Source of the DNA: an archaeon
GTDB taxonomy: Archaea > Thermoproteota > Nitrososphaeria > Nitrososphaerales > Gagatemarchaeaceae
Length of the DNA: 64,000 nucleotides
Direction: 5' to 3'
NCBI GenBank assembly: GCA_021823325.1
Contig: JAKAOG010000002.1
Span: forward strand, 72,651-136,650
The translations under genes and the position numbers were made by a program. Below, piece by piece: positions 45,237-54,329 of the stretch. Under the pieces are notes generated by a model. It saw nothing but the letters and a program-made list of their open reading frames with translations, did not search any database and had not been told where the DNA came from. Position 1 is the first letter of the stretch. Each line of letters starts with the position of its first letter.

Positions 45237-46232
45237 TTGCGGCTCTGGAAGAGCCGGGTCGAGAAGATGGTCGACGCCGCGACCGCCCAGTCGGCTACTG
45301 TGTCCTCAAATGAAGCCGAGGTGCCGCTCGGCGAGTCGAGCGGCGCAAGTTTCGTCCTGAAGTTCCTCCGGAAGGACAAGTCGGCGCTGGCAGGGATGGT
45401 CATCATCGGGGCGTTCTTCGTCTTCGCGGCGGTCGAAGGGGTCCTCCAAGTCGTAGGAGGGTACCTGAGGATGCAATACCTGGGATGGGTCCTCCTCCCG
45501 TCCAACCCGTTGGAGGTCAACTTCCATAACTCTCTGATCGCACCGAACTTGGGGAGCCTTGCGGCGCTGCTCGGATTCGACTACGAGGGACGGAGCATAC
45601 TGTCCCAGATCCTCTACGCGGCGCCGAGGGACGCCATGGCGGCGCTCCTGGTGGTAGCCTCGGCGATCATCATCGGGATGCTCGCAGGGATATCGGCCGG
45701 ATACGTCGGAGGGTGGGCGGACGAAGTGCTGATGAGGGTGACCGACGCGTTCCTCGCGTTCCCCGCGATATTCCTGGCCATCGCGCTCGCGATACTCCTC
45801 GGGAACGGATACACCGTGGTGCTCATCGCCCTGGTCGTGGTCTGGTGGCCGCCGTATGCGCGTTTCTTCAGGGCCCAGACTCTGAGGGAGCGCAACAGAG
45901 GGTATGTGGAAGCGTCGAAGCTGAGCGGCATCAGCTCACTTAGGGTGATGTCCAGGCACATCTTCCCCAACACCATAGACCCGATCATCGCGATCGCGTC
46001 GCTCGACCTGGGCAACGTCATCCTGACCTACTCCACGCTCGCCTTCCTCGGCATCGGGCTCCAGATCGGCGTGCCCGAGTGGGGGTCGATGACCTCTGAC
46101 GGATTGTCATACGTACCGGGCGCGTGGTGGTGGGCCCTCTTCCCGGCCTTAGCGATCATGCTCGTGGTCGTCTGCTTCTCGATAGTAGGCGACAGGATTC
46201 AGGACTTGGTTGGTGGGAGGCTATCCTACTAA
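45237..46232 (+). CDS. oppC: Peptide ABC transporter permease (OppC/DppC)
   Basis: LG.D..GR, MRVTD..LAFP, YVEAS, HIFPN and PEWG motifs. Confidence 0.93.
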   Translation: MRLWKSRVEKMVDAATAQSATVSSNEAEVPLGESSGASFVLKFLRKDKSALAGMVIIGAFFVFAAVEGVLQVVGGYLRMQYLGWVLLPSNPLEVNFHNSLIAPNLGSLAALLGFDYEGRSILSQILYAAPRDAMAALLVVASAIIIGMLAGISAGYVGGWADEVLMRVTDAFLAFPAIFLAIALAILLGNGYTVVLIALVVVWWPPYARFFRAQTLRERNRGYVEASKLSGISSLRVMSRHIFPNTIDPIIAIASLDLGNVILTYSTLAFLGIGLQIGVPEWGSMTSDGLSYVPGAWWWALFPALAIMLVVVCFSIVGDRIQDLVGGRLSY

Positions 46233-46233
46233 C

Positions 46234-47199
46234 TTGCTTCTGGACGTCAAGGGACTGAAGGTCAGCTACAGGACAATATACGGCAGGCTTGAAGCGGTAA
46301 GGAGCCTAGACTTCACCCTGGACAAGGGAGAGAGCGTCGCCATCGTCGGCGAGAGCGGGTGCGGGAAGTCCACGCTCGGGCACTCTATCGTGAGGCTCCT
46401 CCCCCCTAACGCCAGGGCCGAAGGGAGCGTCCTCCTCGACGGAAAAGACATCCTCAAGATGAAGCCGGCCGAGGTCAGGATGATGAGAGGGACCGACGCC
46501 TTCATGATCTTCCAGGACCCGCTGAACAGCCTGAACCCGGTCAAGAGGGTCAGCACCCAGCTCATGGAAGGGCTCGCGCTCAAGCAGAGGAAGGCGGGGA
46601 AGACGTTCGATGAGAAGGCGACGTACAAAGAGATAGTGGACGGGCTCGGGTCGGTGAGGATGCCGGACCCTGAGGTCATCATGGAGAGGTATCCGCATCA
46701 GCTCTCCGGGGGACAGATCCAGAGGGTGGTGATCGCCATGGCGCTGCTGATGAAGCCGAAGCTGCTCATAGCCGACGAGCCGACCTCGGCGCTGGACGTG
46801 ACGATCCAGGCCCAGGTCATCAAGCTAATCAACGAGCTGAAGAAGGAGTACGGGATGTCGGTGCTCTTCATCACCCACGACATGGCCGTCGCATACACCG
46901 TCGCCAACAGGTTCATCGTGATGTACGCAGGGGAGCTTTCAGAGACGGGCCCCGTCGAGAAGGTCGTGGGTTCCCCCCTCCACCCCTACACGGTCGCGCT
47001 TGTCAACAGCATCCCGACGAAGTCCAGGGCCCAGGGAGACCTGATCGCGATCCCCGGGTCTCCTCCGAACATGCTAGCCCCGCCCACCGGGTGCAGGTTC
47101 CATCCGAGGTGTCCGAAAGTCATGGACGTCTGCAGGACGGAGAACCCGGGATACTCGCAGGCCGACGACAGGACGCTGAGGTGCCATCTCTTTGACTGA
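46234..47199 (+). CDS. oppD: Peptide ABC transporter ATPase (OppD/DppD)
   Basis: GESGCGKS, YPHQLSGG, ADEPT, HPYT and GCRFHPRC motifs. Confidence 0.95.
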   Translation: MLLDVKGLKVSYRTIYGRLEAVRSLDFTLDKGESVAIVGESGCGKSTLGHSIVRLLPPNARAEGSVLLDGKDILKMKPAEVRMMRGTDAFMIFQDPLNSLNPVKRVSTQLMEGLALKQRKAGKTFDEKATYKEIVDGLGSVRMPDPEVIMERYPHQLSGGQIQRVVIAMALLMKPKLLIADEPTSALDVTIQAQVIKLINELKKEYGMSVLFITHDMAVAYTVANRFIVMYAGELSETGPVEKVVGSPLHPYTVALVNSIPTKSRAQGDLIAIPGSPPNMLAPPTGCRFHPRCPKVMDVCRTENPGYSQADDRTLRCHLFD

Positions 47200-48154
47200 G
47201 TCAGTCTTCAAGACCCAGGGGCTGACCAAATGGTTCGAGGCGAGCAAGAAGGGGTTCCTGATGTCCCTCGTCTCCAGGGCCCCGAGGGTGTACGTGAAGG
47301 CTGTGGACGGGGTGGATTTCGACATAGCCGCCGGCGAAGTGCTCGCCCTTGTCGGAGAGAGCGGGAGCGGGAAGACGACCCTCGGCAGAATGCTCTCGAC
47401 CCTAGAGACCCCTACTGATGGAGAAATCTACTTCCTTGGAGAGAAGATGACCAAGAAGCAGTGGAAGAAAGTCAGGCGCCAGGTGCAGATGGTCTTCCAG
47501 AACCCGACCGACAGCCTCGACCCCAGGATGCCGATCAAGGACATAGTCACCGAGCCTCTCGCGAGGTCGCATGCGAGCAAGGAGCAGAAGCAGGCCCAGT
47601 TCGAGACCGCGCTTTCTCTGGTGGGACTGGACGCCGCCACTTTCGCACAGAGGAGGTCGAGGGACCTGTCAGGAGGCCAGAGGCAGCGCGTCGCGGTCGC
47701 CAGGGCGATCGTCTCCAACCCGACTTTCATAGTGCTCGACGAGCCGACCTCGGCGCTGGACGCGTCGGTCCAAGCGCAGGTCCTGAACCTGCTGGCCAAG
47801 ATACACGACGAGCTCAACCTCACCTATCTCTTCATCACGCACAACATCGCCGTCGCGCGCTTCATCTCTGACAAGATAGCTGTCATGTACGCCGGGAAGG
47901 TGGTGGAGACCGGTCCGACTGAGGAGGTCATCTCGCAGCCGAAGCACCCGTACACCCAGGCGCTGTTGAAGTCAGTACCGACGATACAGACGCACGACGT
48001 CGTGCCCCCGGCGGGAGAAGTCCCGAGCCTCGTGAACCTCCCGACAGGATGCAGGTTCCACCCGAGATGTCCCTATGTGATGGACCAGTGCAGGGAGAAG
48101 GAGCCTACGCTGAAGAGGGTGGGCGACATAGATGTGGCGTGCTACCTCTACTAA
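47192..48154 (+). CDS. oppF: Peptide ABC transporter ATPase (OppF/DppF)
   Basis: GESGSGKT, LSGGQRQR, LDEPT and GCRFHPRC motifs. Confidence 0.95.
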   Translation: MTESVFKTQGLTKWFEASKKGFLMSLVSRAPRVYVKAVDGVDFDIAAGEVLALVGESGSGKTTLGRMLSTLETPTDGEIYFLGEKMTKKQWKKVRRQVQMVFQNPTDSLDPRMPIKDIVTEPLARSHASKEQKQAQFETALSLVGLDAATFAQRRSRDLSGGQRQRVAVARAIVSNPTFIVLDEPTSALDASVQAQVLNLLAKIHDELNLTYLFITHNIAVARFISDKIAVMYAGKVVETGPTEEVISQPKHPYTQALLKSVPTIQTHDVVPPAGEVPSLVNLPTGCRFHPRCPYVMDQCREKEPTLKRVGDIDVACYLY

Positions 48155-48617
48155 GCCCGAAGCCCAGGAAGAGAAGCGGCTAAGGTCCAACGTGAGCAAG
48201 TCCCTCATCAAGGGGACTATCGCGATAGGTCTGCTCACTCCGTTCCTCCAGATCAACCCGTCGACCTACCTCAAGTTCGTGATCTTCCTTGGGCTGGCCT
48301 ACGGCGTCATCGGGGTCTATATGCTCTTCAAGGACTCGACGGTGTACGCCCTTGGGGAGAGCGGCATAACGATCAGGAGGCCGCTGAGAAAGGAGGAGTT
48401 CATCGCTTACACGAACATACAGGAGCTCAGCATCGCACAGGGGACGCTCGCGAAGCGCTTCAAGTGCGGAAGCATCTACGTCGCACTGAAGAAGGGGAAG
48501 GGGACCCACACGTCGTCCCTCGGGCAGGGGGTCTTCGTCCTCAAGGACGTGCCCAACCCGGCCGAGGTGTACGCAGAGATCTCCGAGAGCACGTCCCCGT
48601 TCGCGGCTACGGTCTAG
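48132..48617 (+). CDS. Membrane protein with bacterial PH (bPH_2) domain
   Basis: Two TM helices, then Y.L....I.I...I.Y..IQ..SI.Q....KRF.CG.I...LKDVPNP. Start uncertain. Confidence 0.7.
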   Translation: MWRATSTKPEAQEEKRLRSNVSKSLIKGTIAIGLLTPFLQINPSTYLKFVIFLGLAYGVIGVYMLFKDSTVYALGESGITIRRPLRKEEFIAYTNIQELSIAQGTLAKRFKCGSIYVALKKGKGTHTSSLGQGVFVLKDVPNPAEVYAEISESTSPFAATV

Positions 48618-48624
48618 ACGCCCG

Positions 48625-49188
48625 TCAGACCATTTCCAGGTGCGCTTCGTGGGCGTCTATGTTGTCCAGGAAGTCACCGAGGGCGAACACCGGGACTATG
48701 GCTCCGCCGTCCACGAACCTGGCGCCCTGGTCGACCAAGGTCAGTATCACAGAGGCTATCGGACCTATGGCGTCCAGCGTGTCGTGCAGCCGCCTCGCCC
48801 TCGCCTTCTGGGCCTCCACTACCCTTGCGAGAGAGGAGTACCCCGATGACCTTGCCCAGTGCTTGCAGTCCACAGCCACCGATATCCGGCTGGAGACGCC
48901 GAGGACGTCGATCTGGGCCCTGGGCTTCTTGAGGTAAATGTTCTCCCGGACCGCGTACCCTTTGGCCCTGAGGATGTTCGAACAGAAGCTCTCGAAGTCC
49001 TTCCAGGAGAGGCTCTTCGACACCGTCTCCGGGCTCACCCCCATCCTGCAGAGCGCAAGCGCGGCGAGGGCCTCCTCGGAGGCGGAGCCCACGGAGCCGA
49101 AAAGTTCGGCGACCTCCATCATGGCCTGGTCGGCGCGCTCTGCCGACCCGGACTTCCTTGCTAGGAGAAGAAGAAGTGGACCCGGCAC
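48625..49188 (-). CDS. PD-(D/E)xK nuclease (Mrr-cat/restriction endonuclease-like)
   Basis: LSWKDFE, QIDV and VDCKHW motifs. Confidence 0.8.
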   Translation of the reverse strand: MPGPLLLLLARKSGSAERADQAMMEVAELFGSVGSASEEALAALALCRMGVSPETVSKSLSWKDFESFCSNILRAKGYAVRENIYLKKPRAQIDVLGVSSRISVAVDCKHWARSSGYSSLARVVEAQKARARRLHDTLDAIGPIASVILTLVDQGARFVDGGAIVPVFALGDFLDNIDAHEAHLEMV

Positions 49189-49279
49189 GGGTGGGGCGAG
49201 CGGGCCTTTCGCATATGAATCTAGTCCAAGAAATCGGGGCGAAACGACGGGGGGTGAGCGAGTGTATTTCCGAGGCCGT

Positions 49280-49594
49280 CTATTGCGGCGTGGCTGGGGG
49301 AGCGGGCTTGCGGTTATGTGCGAGCACCGTGTAGAGGTACCAGCAGTTCAGAACGATGAGCACGGCGCCGAGGACCTGAATCCAGTCGAGGGTGGGCGGG
49401 CTGGACAGCGATACGCCTGAGCCTGTCATCGTGAACACCTGGGTGAACAAGGAGTACGAGAAGGACGGGATGTAACCGGAAGTGTGGCCGTGGACCGTCT
49501 CCGCATAGGCTACCCTCCCCTGCAGATCGGACTCGACGAAGAACAGCAGGGCGAGGAGGAGCGCGTCTGCGATGAGGACCTGGTACGCCTTCAC
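49280..49594 (-). CDS. Hypothetical two-TM membrane protein
   Basis: Two hydrophobic helices and SPPTLDW; start uncertain. Confidence 0.55.
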   Translation of the reverse strand: MKAYQVLIADALLLALLFFVESDLQGRVAYAETVHGHTSGYIPSFSYSLFTQVFTMTGSGVSLSSPPTLDWIQVLGAVLIVLNCWYLYTVLAHNRKPAPPATPQ

Positions 49595-49675
49595 AGTCCA
49601 CACCGGCCCCCGGGGCGATAAAAACAAATCACCTGTTCAAACATTTAACCGGCTCGTCCCTCGACCGGACTCGGT

Positions 49676-50197
49676 TTGAAGGTAGCCTCCAAGGGGACCG
49701 TGGTGTATGTCGCCGCGTTCACGATACTCATCCTCTGGGCTTTCTTCGTCCAGGCCGACACAAGGAGGGTGGACGGCCACAGCATGCTCCCCACGCTGGA
49801 GGGGGGAGACCTCGTGGTGATCCAAGCGGTCCCCATCAGCCAGGTGCAGGTGGGGAACATCATCGTCTACAACGGCCTGTGCTCGTCGGGAGGCGAGTCG
49901 GTGGTGCACCGGGTCGTCGCGATCACTAGCCAGGGTTTGATCACGGAGGGAGACAACAACCCCAGCACGGACCAGGCGAGCGGCATCGCCATGAGCCCGA
50001 TCACCCAGCAGTGCCTGGAGGGGAAGGTCGTGTTCGTGATACCGTATGTCGAGCTGCTGGCGTACAATGTGGACCTGTACGGGCTCCCGCAGTGGTTCAA
50101 CTACCTGCCATCGATCATCATACTTCTCATCGTGGTCGCGTCGCTGGCCCTACAGAAGGAGGAGCCACGGGAGCAGGGCGCAGCGCTCCCCTCCTAA
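49676..50197 (+). CDS. Signal peptidase I (S26B, Sec11-like)
   Basis: SMLPTL.GGDLV, VHRV and TEGDNN motifs. Confidence 0.92.
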   Translation: MKVASKGTVVYVAAFTILILWAFFVQADTRRVDGHSMLPTLEGGDLVVIQAVPISQVQVGNIIVYNGLCSSGGESVVHRVVAITSQGLITEGDNNPSTDQASGIAMSPITQQCLEGKVVFVIPYVELLAYNVDLYGLPQWFNYLPSIIILLIVVASLALQKEEPREQGAALPS

Positions 50198-50283
50198 GCA
50201 CGAGCGTCCTCTTCGCGCTCTTTGCTCCTTGGGGCTCCTCCGCTTATATACCCTTTATATACTCAGAAAAAACGAGACCGCTC

Positions 50284-50841
50284 GTGCCTCAGACAAAGGC
50301 AATCGTAAGCATCGAGAACGTAGTCGCTTCCGCGTCCATCAACCAGACAGTAGACCTCAACCTGATCACCAAGAACTTCGTCACGGTGGAGTACCATCCA
50401 GACCAGTTCCCGGGCCTCGTTTTCAGGCTAAGGAACCCCAAGACAGCCACCCTCATCTTCAGCTCAGGCAAGATGGTCTGCACGGGCGCCAAGTCGGAGG
50501 AGCAGGCAAGGAAGGCGGTCGAAGAGGTGGTGAGGCAGCTCAAGAAGGGGAAGATACCCATCAAGAACGACGCCGTCGTGGAGATACAGAACATCGTCGC
50601 GTCGGCGAGCCTCGGAGGCAAAGTCCACCTCGAAGAGGCGGCAAGGGTCCTTCCAAAGTCGATGTACGAGCCAGAGCAGTTCCCGGGCCTCATCCACAGG
50701 ATGGCCGACCCTAAGACTGTCATCCTCCTGTTCGCGTCGGGGAAGCTCGTCTGCACCGGGGCGAAGAAGGAAAGCGAAGTCTACAGAGCGGTCAACAACC
50801 TGCACGTGACCCTCGAAGAGAAGAACCTGATGGTATACTAG
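50284..50841 (+). CDS. tbp: TATA-binding protein
   Basis: Two repeats of NVVAS...QFPGL...IFSSGK.VCTGAK. Start taken as GTG 50284. Confidence 0.98.
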   Translation: MPQTKAIVSIENVVASASINQTVDLNLITKNFVTVEYHPDQFPGLVFRLRNPKTATLIFSSGKMVCTGAKSEEQARKAVEEVVRQLKKGKIPIKNDAVVEIQNIVASASLGGKVHLEEAARVLPKSMYEPEQFPGLIHRMADPKTVILLFASGKLVCTGAKKESEVYRAVNNLHVTLEEKNLMVY

Positions 50842-50867
50842 GTTCTTCCCTCCCCTGATTTTAGCCG

Positions 50868-51356
50868 CTAGAGCAGTTTCTCCATCGTCAGCATGTCGTA
50901 GTATCTCCGTCCGACCTTGATCTCCTTCTTCGCCCTGCCCACGGTCCTGAACCCCGCGCTCCGGTACAGCGCCACCGCGGCGCGCATTTGGGGGACGACC
51001 CCCAGCTGGACCTTCACTATGCCGCCGTGTTCCCTTGCTTCTGACAGCGCGGCTTTCAGCAGCGCCCTGCCTGCCCCGGCCCGCCTGTGCCTGGGGGTCA
51101 CATAGACCCCGAAGATGTGGGCGGCGTGCCTCCGCTTGACCCTGTCGTTGAACACGATGCTCAGCATCCCGATGGGGGTCCCTTCGGCGAAGGCGAAGAA
51201 GACGTCATCCATCCTTTCCTTCCACTTCTCTTCGGTGAAGCCAGCCTCCTCTTCAAAGGAGCTCCCGAAAGCCGCCGGATCGGTCTTCAAGGCCTCCAGC
51301 CTCAGGTCGCGGTACGCAGCCCATCTGTCCTGAGGCAGCCTTGCGACATGGGTCAG
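50868..51356 (-). CDS. GNAT family acetyltransferase
   Basis: YRDLRLEAL..DP.AF, VYV.P.HRRAGAG and ALYRSAGF motifs. The conserved N-terminus requires a start near CTG 51356. Confidence 0.88.
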   Translation of the reverse strand: MTHVARLPQDRWAAYRDLRLEALKTDPAAFGSSFEEEAGFTEEKWKERMDDVFFAFAEGTPIGMLSIVFNDRVKRRHAAHIFGVYVTPRHRRAGAGRALLKAALSEAREHGGIVKVQLGVVPQMRAAVALYRSAGFRTVGRAKKEIKVGRRYYDMLTMEKLL

Positions 51357-51385
51357 CCGGGTCCACCCCGATGGGCGCGACGGCC

Positions 51386-52003
51386 CTACGGGCGGCGGCC
51401 CACAGACTTCGTTATGGACTTCAGGTTGTCTTTGGTGATGAGCTCTGTCGAGTAAAGGGTGTCGGCGAGCTCCACCATGTCAGTGACGGCGTGCAGGGCG
51501 ATCCCCCTCTTGCTGAGCTTTTCCCTCGCCCCTTCGAGCCTGTCGATGAGGACCACCGCCGAGCTCACCTTTCCGCCCTCGTCTTCCACAGCGTCTGCTG
51601 CGGCGAGGATGGTCTTCCCCGACGTGGCGAGATCTCCGACGACGACCACGTTCCAGCCGGGCCTCAGCTCTCCCTCGACGAGCCGCTCGTTTTCGGCCTT
51701 GTCCATCCTGGTGTACACGAGGGGCTTCTTGAGCGCGACCGCGACCGGCGACGCGAGGAGGAGACCTGCGACGGGGACGGCGCAGATCGCGTTCGTCTTC
51801 TGGGTCTTCTTGGAGACTATCTCGGCGATCGAGTCCACGGCGAGTCCGTACACTCCAGGGTAGCTTGGGAGCCCTCTCAGATTCACGTAGTAGGAACTGT
51901 CCCTTCCGTCTGGGAGGGAGAACGCCCCGAACTGCAGCGCTCCGACCTTCACCAGTCCTTCGGCGAGCTCGCTGATACGACCGCTACGTCTCTTCCAGGC
52001 CAT
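51386..52003 (-). CDS. pyrE: Orotate phosphoribosyltransferase-like protein
   Basis: FG.F.L..GR.S.YY.NLR, PRPP loop VVVGDLATSG (variant of DD) and LIDRLEG. Confidence 0.8.
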   Translation of the reverse strand: MAWKRRSGRISELAEGLVKVGALQFGAFSLPDGRDSSYYVNLRGLPSYPGVYGLAVDSIAEIVSKKTQKTNAICAVPVAGLLLASPVAVALKKPLVYTRMDKAENERLVEGELRPGWNVVVVGDLATSGKTILAAADAVEDEGGKVSSAVVLIDRLEGAREKLSKRGIALHAVTDMVELADTLYSTELITKDNLKSITKSVGRRP

Positions 52004-52055
52004 GCCATAGCGGCAAGTCTTGCGCTTAAAAAGCAACTCTGAGGGAAGTGAAGGT

Positions 52056-53138
52056 ATGCCTGAGCTGTGGATCCCTTACGGGAGCGTGGAGACGCTCATC
52101 ACGATCCAGGCGGAGAACCTGGGAGCCGTCTCCGACGCCGCGCCGGAAGCGGGCGCCATGGACTCAGAGAGGGTCGCCGAGCTGGCAAAGGGCGCGTCGA
52201 AGATGTTCATCTGCGACGGAACTCCGGCGACAGTAGAAGTGCTGAAGGGACTCACCCCGACGCTCGGCGAGCTGCAGGGAAAGGCGTTCTTCTCCGCCGC
52301 GCCGAAGCGCGTCGAGTCTGCGGTCCCCGAGCTGAAGGGGCGGATTTCGACGTTGCCGCCGCCGCTCCGCCAAGGAGACGGAGGGGAGCCGATGTTCTCG
52401 CCCGAGCTTTCCGCCCCAGGGTCGAAGCTGTTCCTAGGGTCAGCCAGACCCGACCCGCTCTTCGGTCTCGTCGACGCGAGAGTGGAAGCGTGCCTGAACT
52501 GGGTGTCCAGGGGGAAGAGCGGGGCAAAGAAGGAGATGGAGCCGAGCCCGCTCCGGAAGACCGAAGCTTACGAATCCATGGAGTCGTTTGCTGCAAGGAT
52601 ACCTGACTCGAAGTTTCTGACGGTCGTCGCAAGGGGAGGCAGGGCCAGGGTCACCCTCGAGGACGCGCCCTTCGACGCGGTCAAGAACGCGTTCGCCAAG
52701 GTGCCGATGGCTCCGGCCAGGGGGATCGTGATAGGGAGCGGGGGGAGAGGGTACGACGACACGCTCTCCGCGGCGATAAGGGGGGTCTGGAACGTCATCG
52801 AAGGAGTGAGGAAGGCAGGCTCGATCCTGCTGGTCGCAGAGTGCACAGAGGGGATGGGCTCGACCGCCCTTGAGATGCTCGTGACAGGGAGGCTGGAGGA
52901 GGTAAGGAGGCGCTCGGTCGAAGGGCTGGAGGACGTGTTCTACCTGAACAAGCTGAAAGAGGAGTACGACATGCTGCTGCTTTCCGGGCTCCCCGAGACG
53001 TATGCGAGCTCGAAGCTCGGGTTCGCGACGGCGAAGGGGTCGGGCGAGGCGGTAGGAAGGATACTGAACAAGGTCGGCAGATCAGGAAAGGTGAACGTGA
53101 TCCCAAGGGCCGCCGAGTGCGTCGTGGAATCAGGGTAG
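52056..53138 (+). CDS. LarA/DUF2088-like (lactate racemase fold) protein, divergent
   Basis: N-terminal LWIPYG, IGSGG..YD.TL and G.I.LVAEC.EG.G motifs. Confidence 0.6.
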   Translation: MPELWIPYGSVETLITIQAENLGAVSDAAPEAGAMDSERVAELAKGASKMFICDGTPATVEVLKGLTPTLGELQGKAFFSAAPKRVESAVPELKGRISTLPPPLRQGDGGEPMFSPELSAPGSKLFLGSARPDPLFGLVDARVEACLNWVSRGKSGAKKEMEPSPLRKTEAYESMESFAARIPDSKFLTVVARGGRARVTLEDAPFDAVKNAFAKVPMAPARGIVIGSGGRGYDDTLSAAIRGVWNVIEGVRKAGSILLVAECTEGMGSTALEMLVTGRLEEVRRRSVEGLEDVFYLNKLKEEYDMLLLSGLPETYASSKLGFATAKGSGEAVGRILNKVGRSGKVNVIPRAAECVVESG

Positions 53139-54242
53139 CGGCAGCGTCGCCAGGTTCTGCGGGATCGGGAGGCAGAGGAAGGCGAGCACGATCGCCCCGA
53201 CGAGGACCCATCTCCTCGACTTCGAGAGGGGAGACACGTCGTCCTGCAGCTTCAGCTGATTGGGGCGCCCCACCAGGATCAGCGCGACTATCGCGATGGG
53301 CCAGTACGTCCATGTGTCTAGCACGAGCAGGACCAGGATCGAGAGGTAGCTCGCCACCTTGGCAGTCCTCTGCCCCCACGCGGCTGACGCCAGAAGCCCA
53401 CCGTCGTAGGAGGCCATCGGAAGGAGCGTGATGAACACGAGGATGAACCCGATCACCGAGCCGTCTTCGATGGGCGACACGGAGACGTAGCCGTTCGCGA
53501 CCGAGTGGGTGAACGGGCCCAGCAGCGTACCGAACGCCATCTGGATCGCGTTGGGGTTGATTGTGACCGTCGTGCCGTTGAGACCCGAGCTGGCGAATGT
53601 GACAGCTGACTGGACCGCCGTGACGTCCCCGACCGCAAAAAGCACCAGCGCGAGAGCGAGCACGGCGATGGGGCCAGCGATGATGGTGTCGAACAGGCTG
53701 TCCCTGTTCAGGGCTGGTTCGCGCTGAGAAGCGACGAACCCCATGGAGGGGAGATAGGGCGGGATGAATGGGAGGCCAGGGATCACGTAGCTGCTGGCTC
53801 GCCCGGCGTCCCGTGACCTGGCCATCAGCCGCTGTCCAAGCTCGTGGGCGCCGAGGATCGCCCCCACGGTCACGGCGAAGCCGAAGAAAGTGACGTACGG
53901 GGGCCACGATGGGACCAGCGCCTGGTAGATCTGCTGCTGCAGGAGCGCCGAGACCACGACCGCCGCCGCTGTGAACAGCGCCACGAGCACCGGGAGCCTC
54001 GAGAGCTTTCCCTTCGCTGCCTCGGCCTTCCTCAGCGTCAGCACGCATTCTTCAGGCGAGCCCGTCAGCTCGGGCCTGTAGCCAAGCGGGGAAAGCGCCT
54101 TCTTCAGGGCGATGAAGTCCTGTTTTGCGGCGGGGCCGTATCCCACCTGGAACTCAAGCTCGCCGCCGGGGAGAACGAAAGACTGTTTGACGCTGAAGTG
54201 CCGCCCCACGACAAGTTCGACCTCGGAAGGCTGACCTGACAA
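53130..54242 (-). CDS. Site-2 protease (M50) family membrane protein with HELGQ instead of HExxH
   Basis: AHELGQ, YVIP, FD...AGP and LLP...DGG motifs. Start is TTG 54242 or 54293. Confidence 0.8.
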   Translation of the reverse strand: MSGQPSEVELVVGRHFSVKQSFVLPGGELEFQVGYGPAAKQDFIALKKALSPLGYRPELTGSPEECVLTLRKAEAAKGKLSRLPVLVALFTAAAVVVSALLQQQIYQALVPSWPPYVTFFGFAVTVGAILGAHELGQRLMARSRDAGRASSYVIPGLPFIPPYLPSMGFVASQREPALNRDSLFDTIIAGPIAVLALALVLFAVGDVTAVQSAVTFASSGLNGTTVTINPNAIQMAFGTLLGPFTHSVANGYVSVSPIEDGSVIGFILVFITLLPMASYDGGLLASAAWGQRTAKVASYLSILVLLVLDTWTYWPIAIVALILVGRPNQLKLQDDVSPLSKSRRWVLVGAIVLAFLCLPIPQNLATLPLP

Positions 54243-54329
54243 ACGGGGCCGGGCCGGACGGTTCGAGTAATAAGCTGTCGGCCCGGCGAGCAACGTTTAA
54301 CCCATGCAATAGGCGCGAGCGGGTGGACC

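Noticed and set aside
48625..49188. Restriction/defence island around the Mrr-like nuclease
   Set aside because: The gene is solitary among housekeeping genes, with no methyltransferase or other defence gene nearby.
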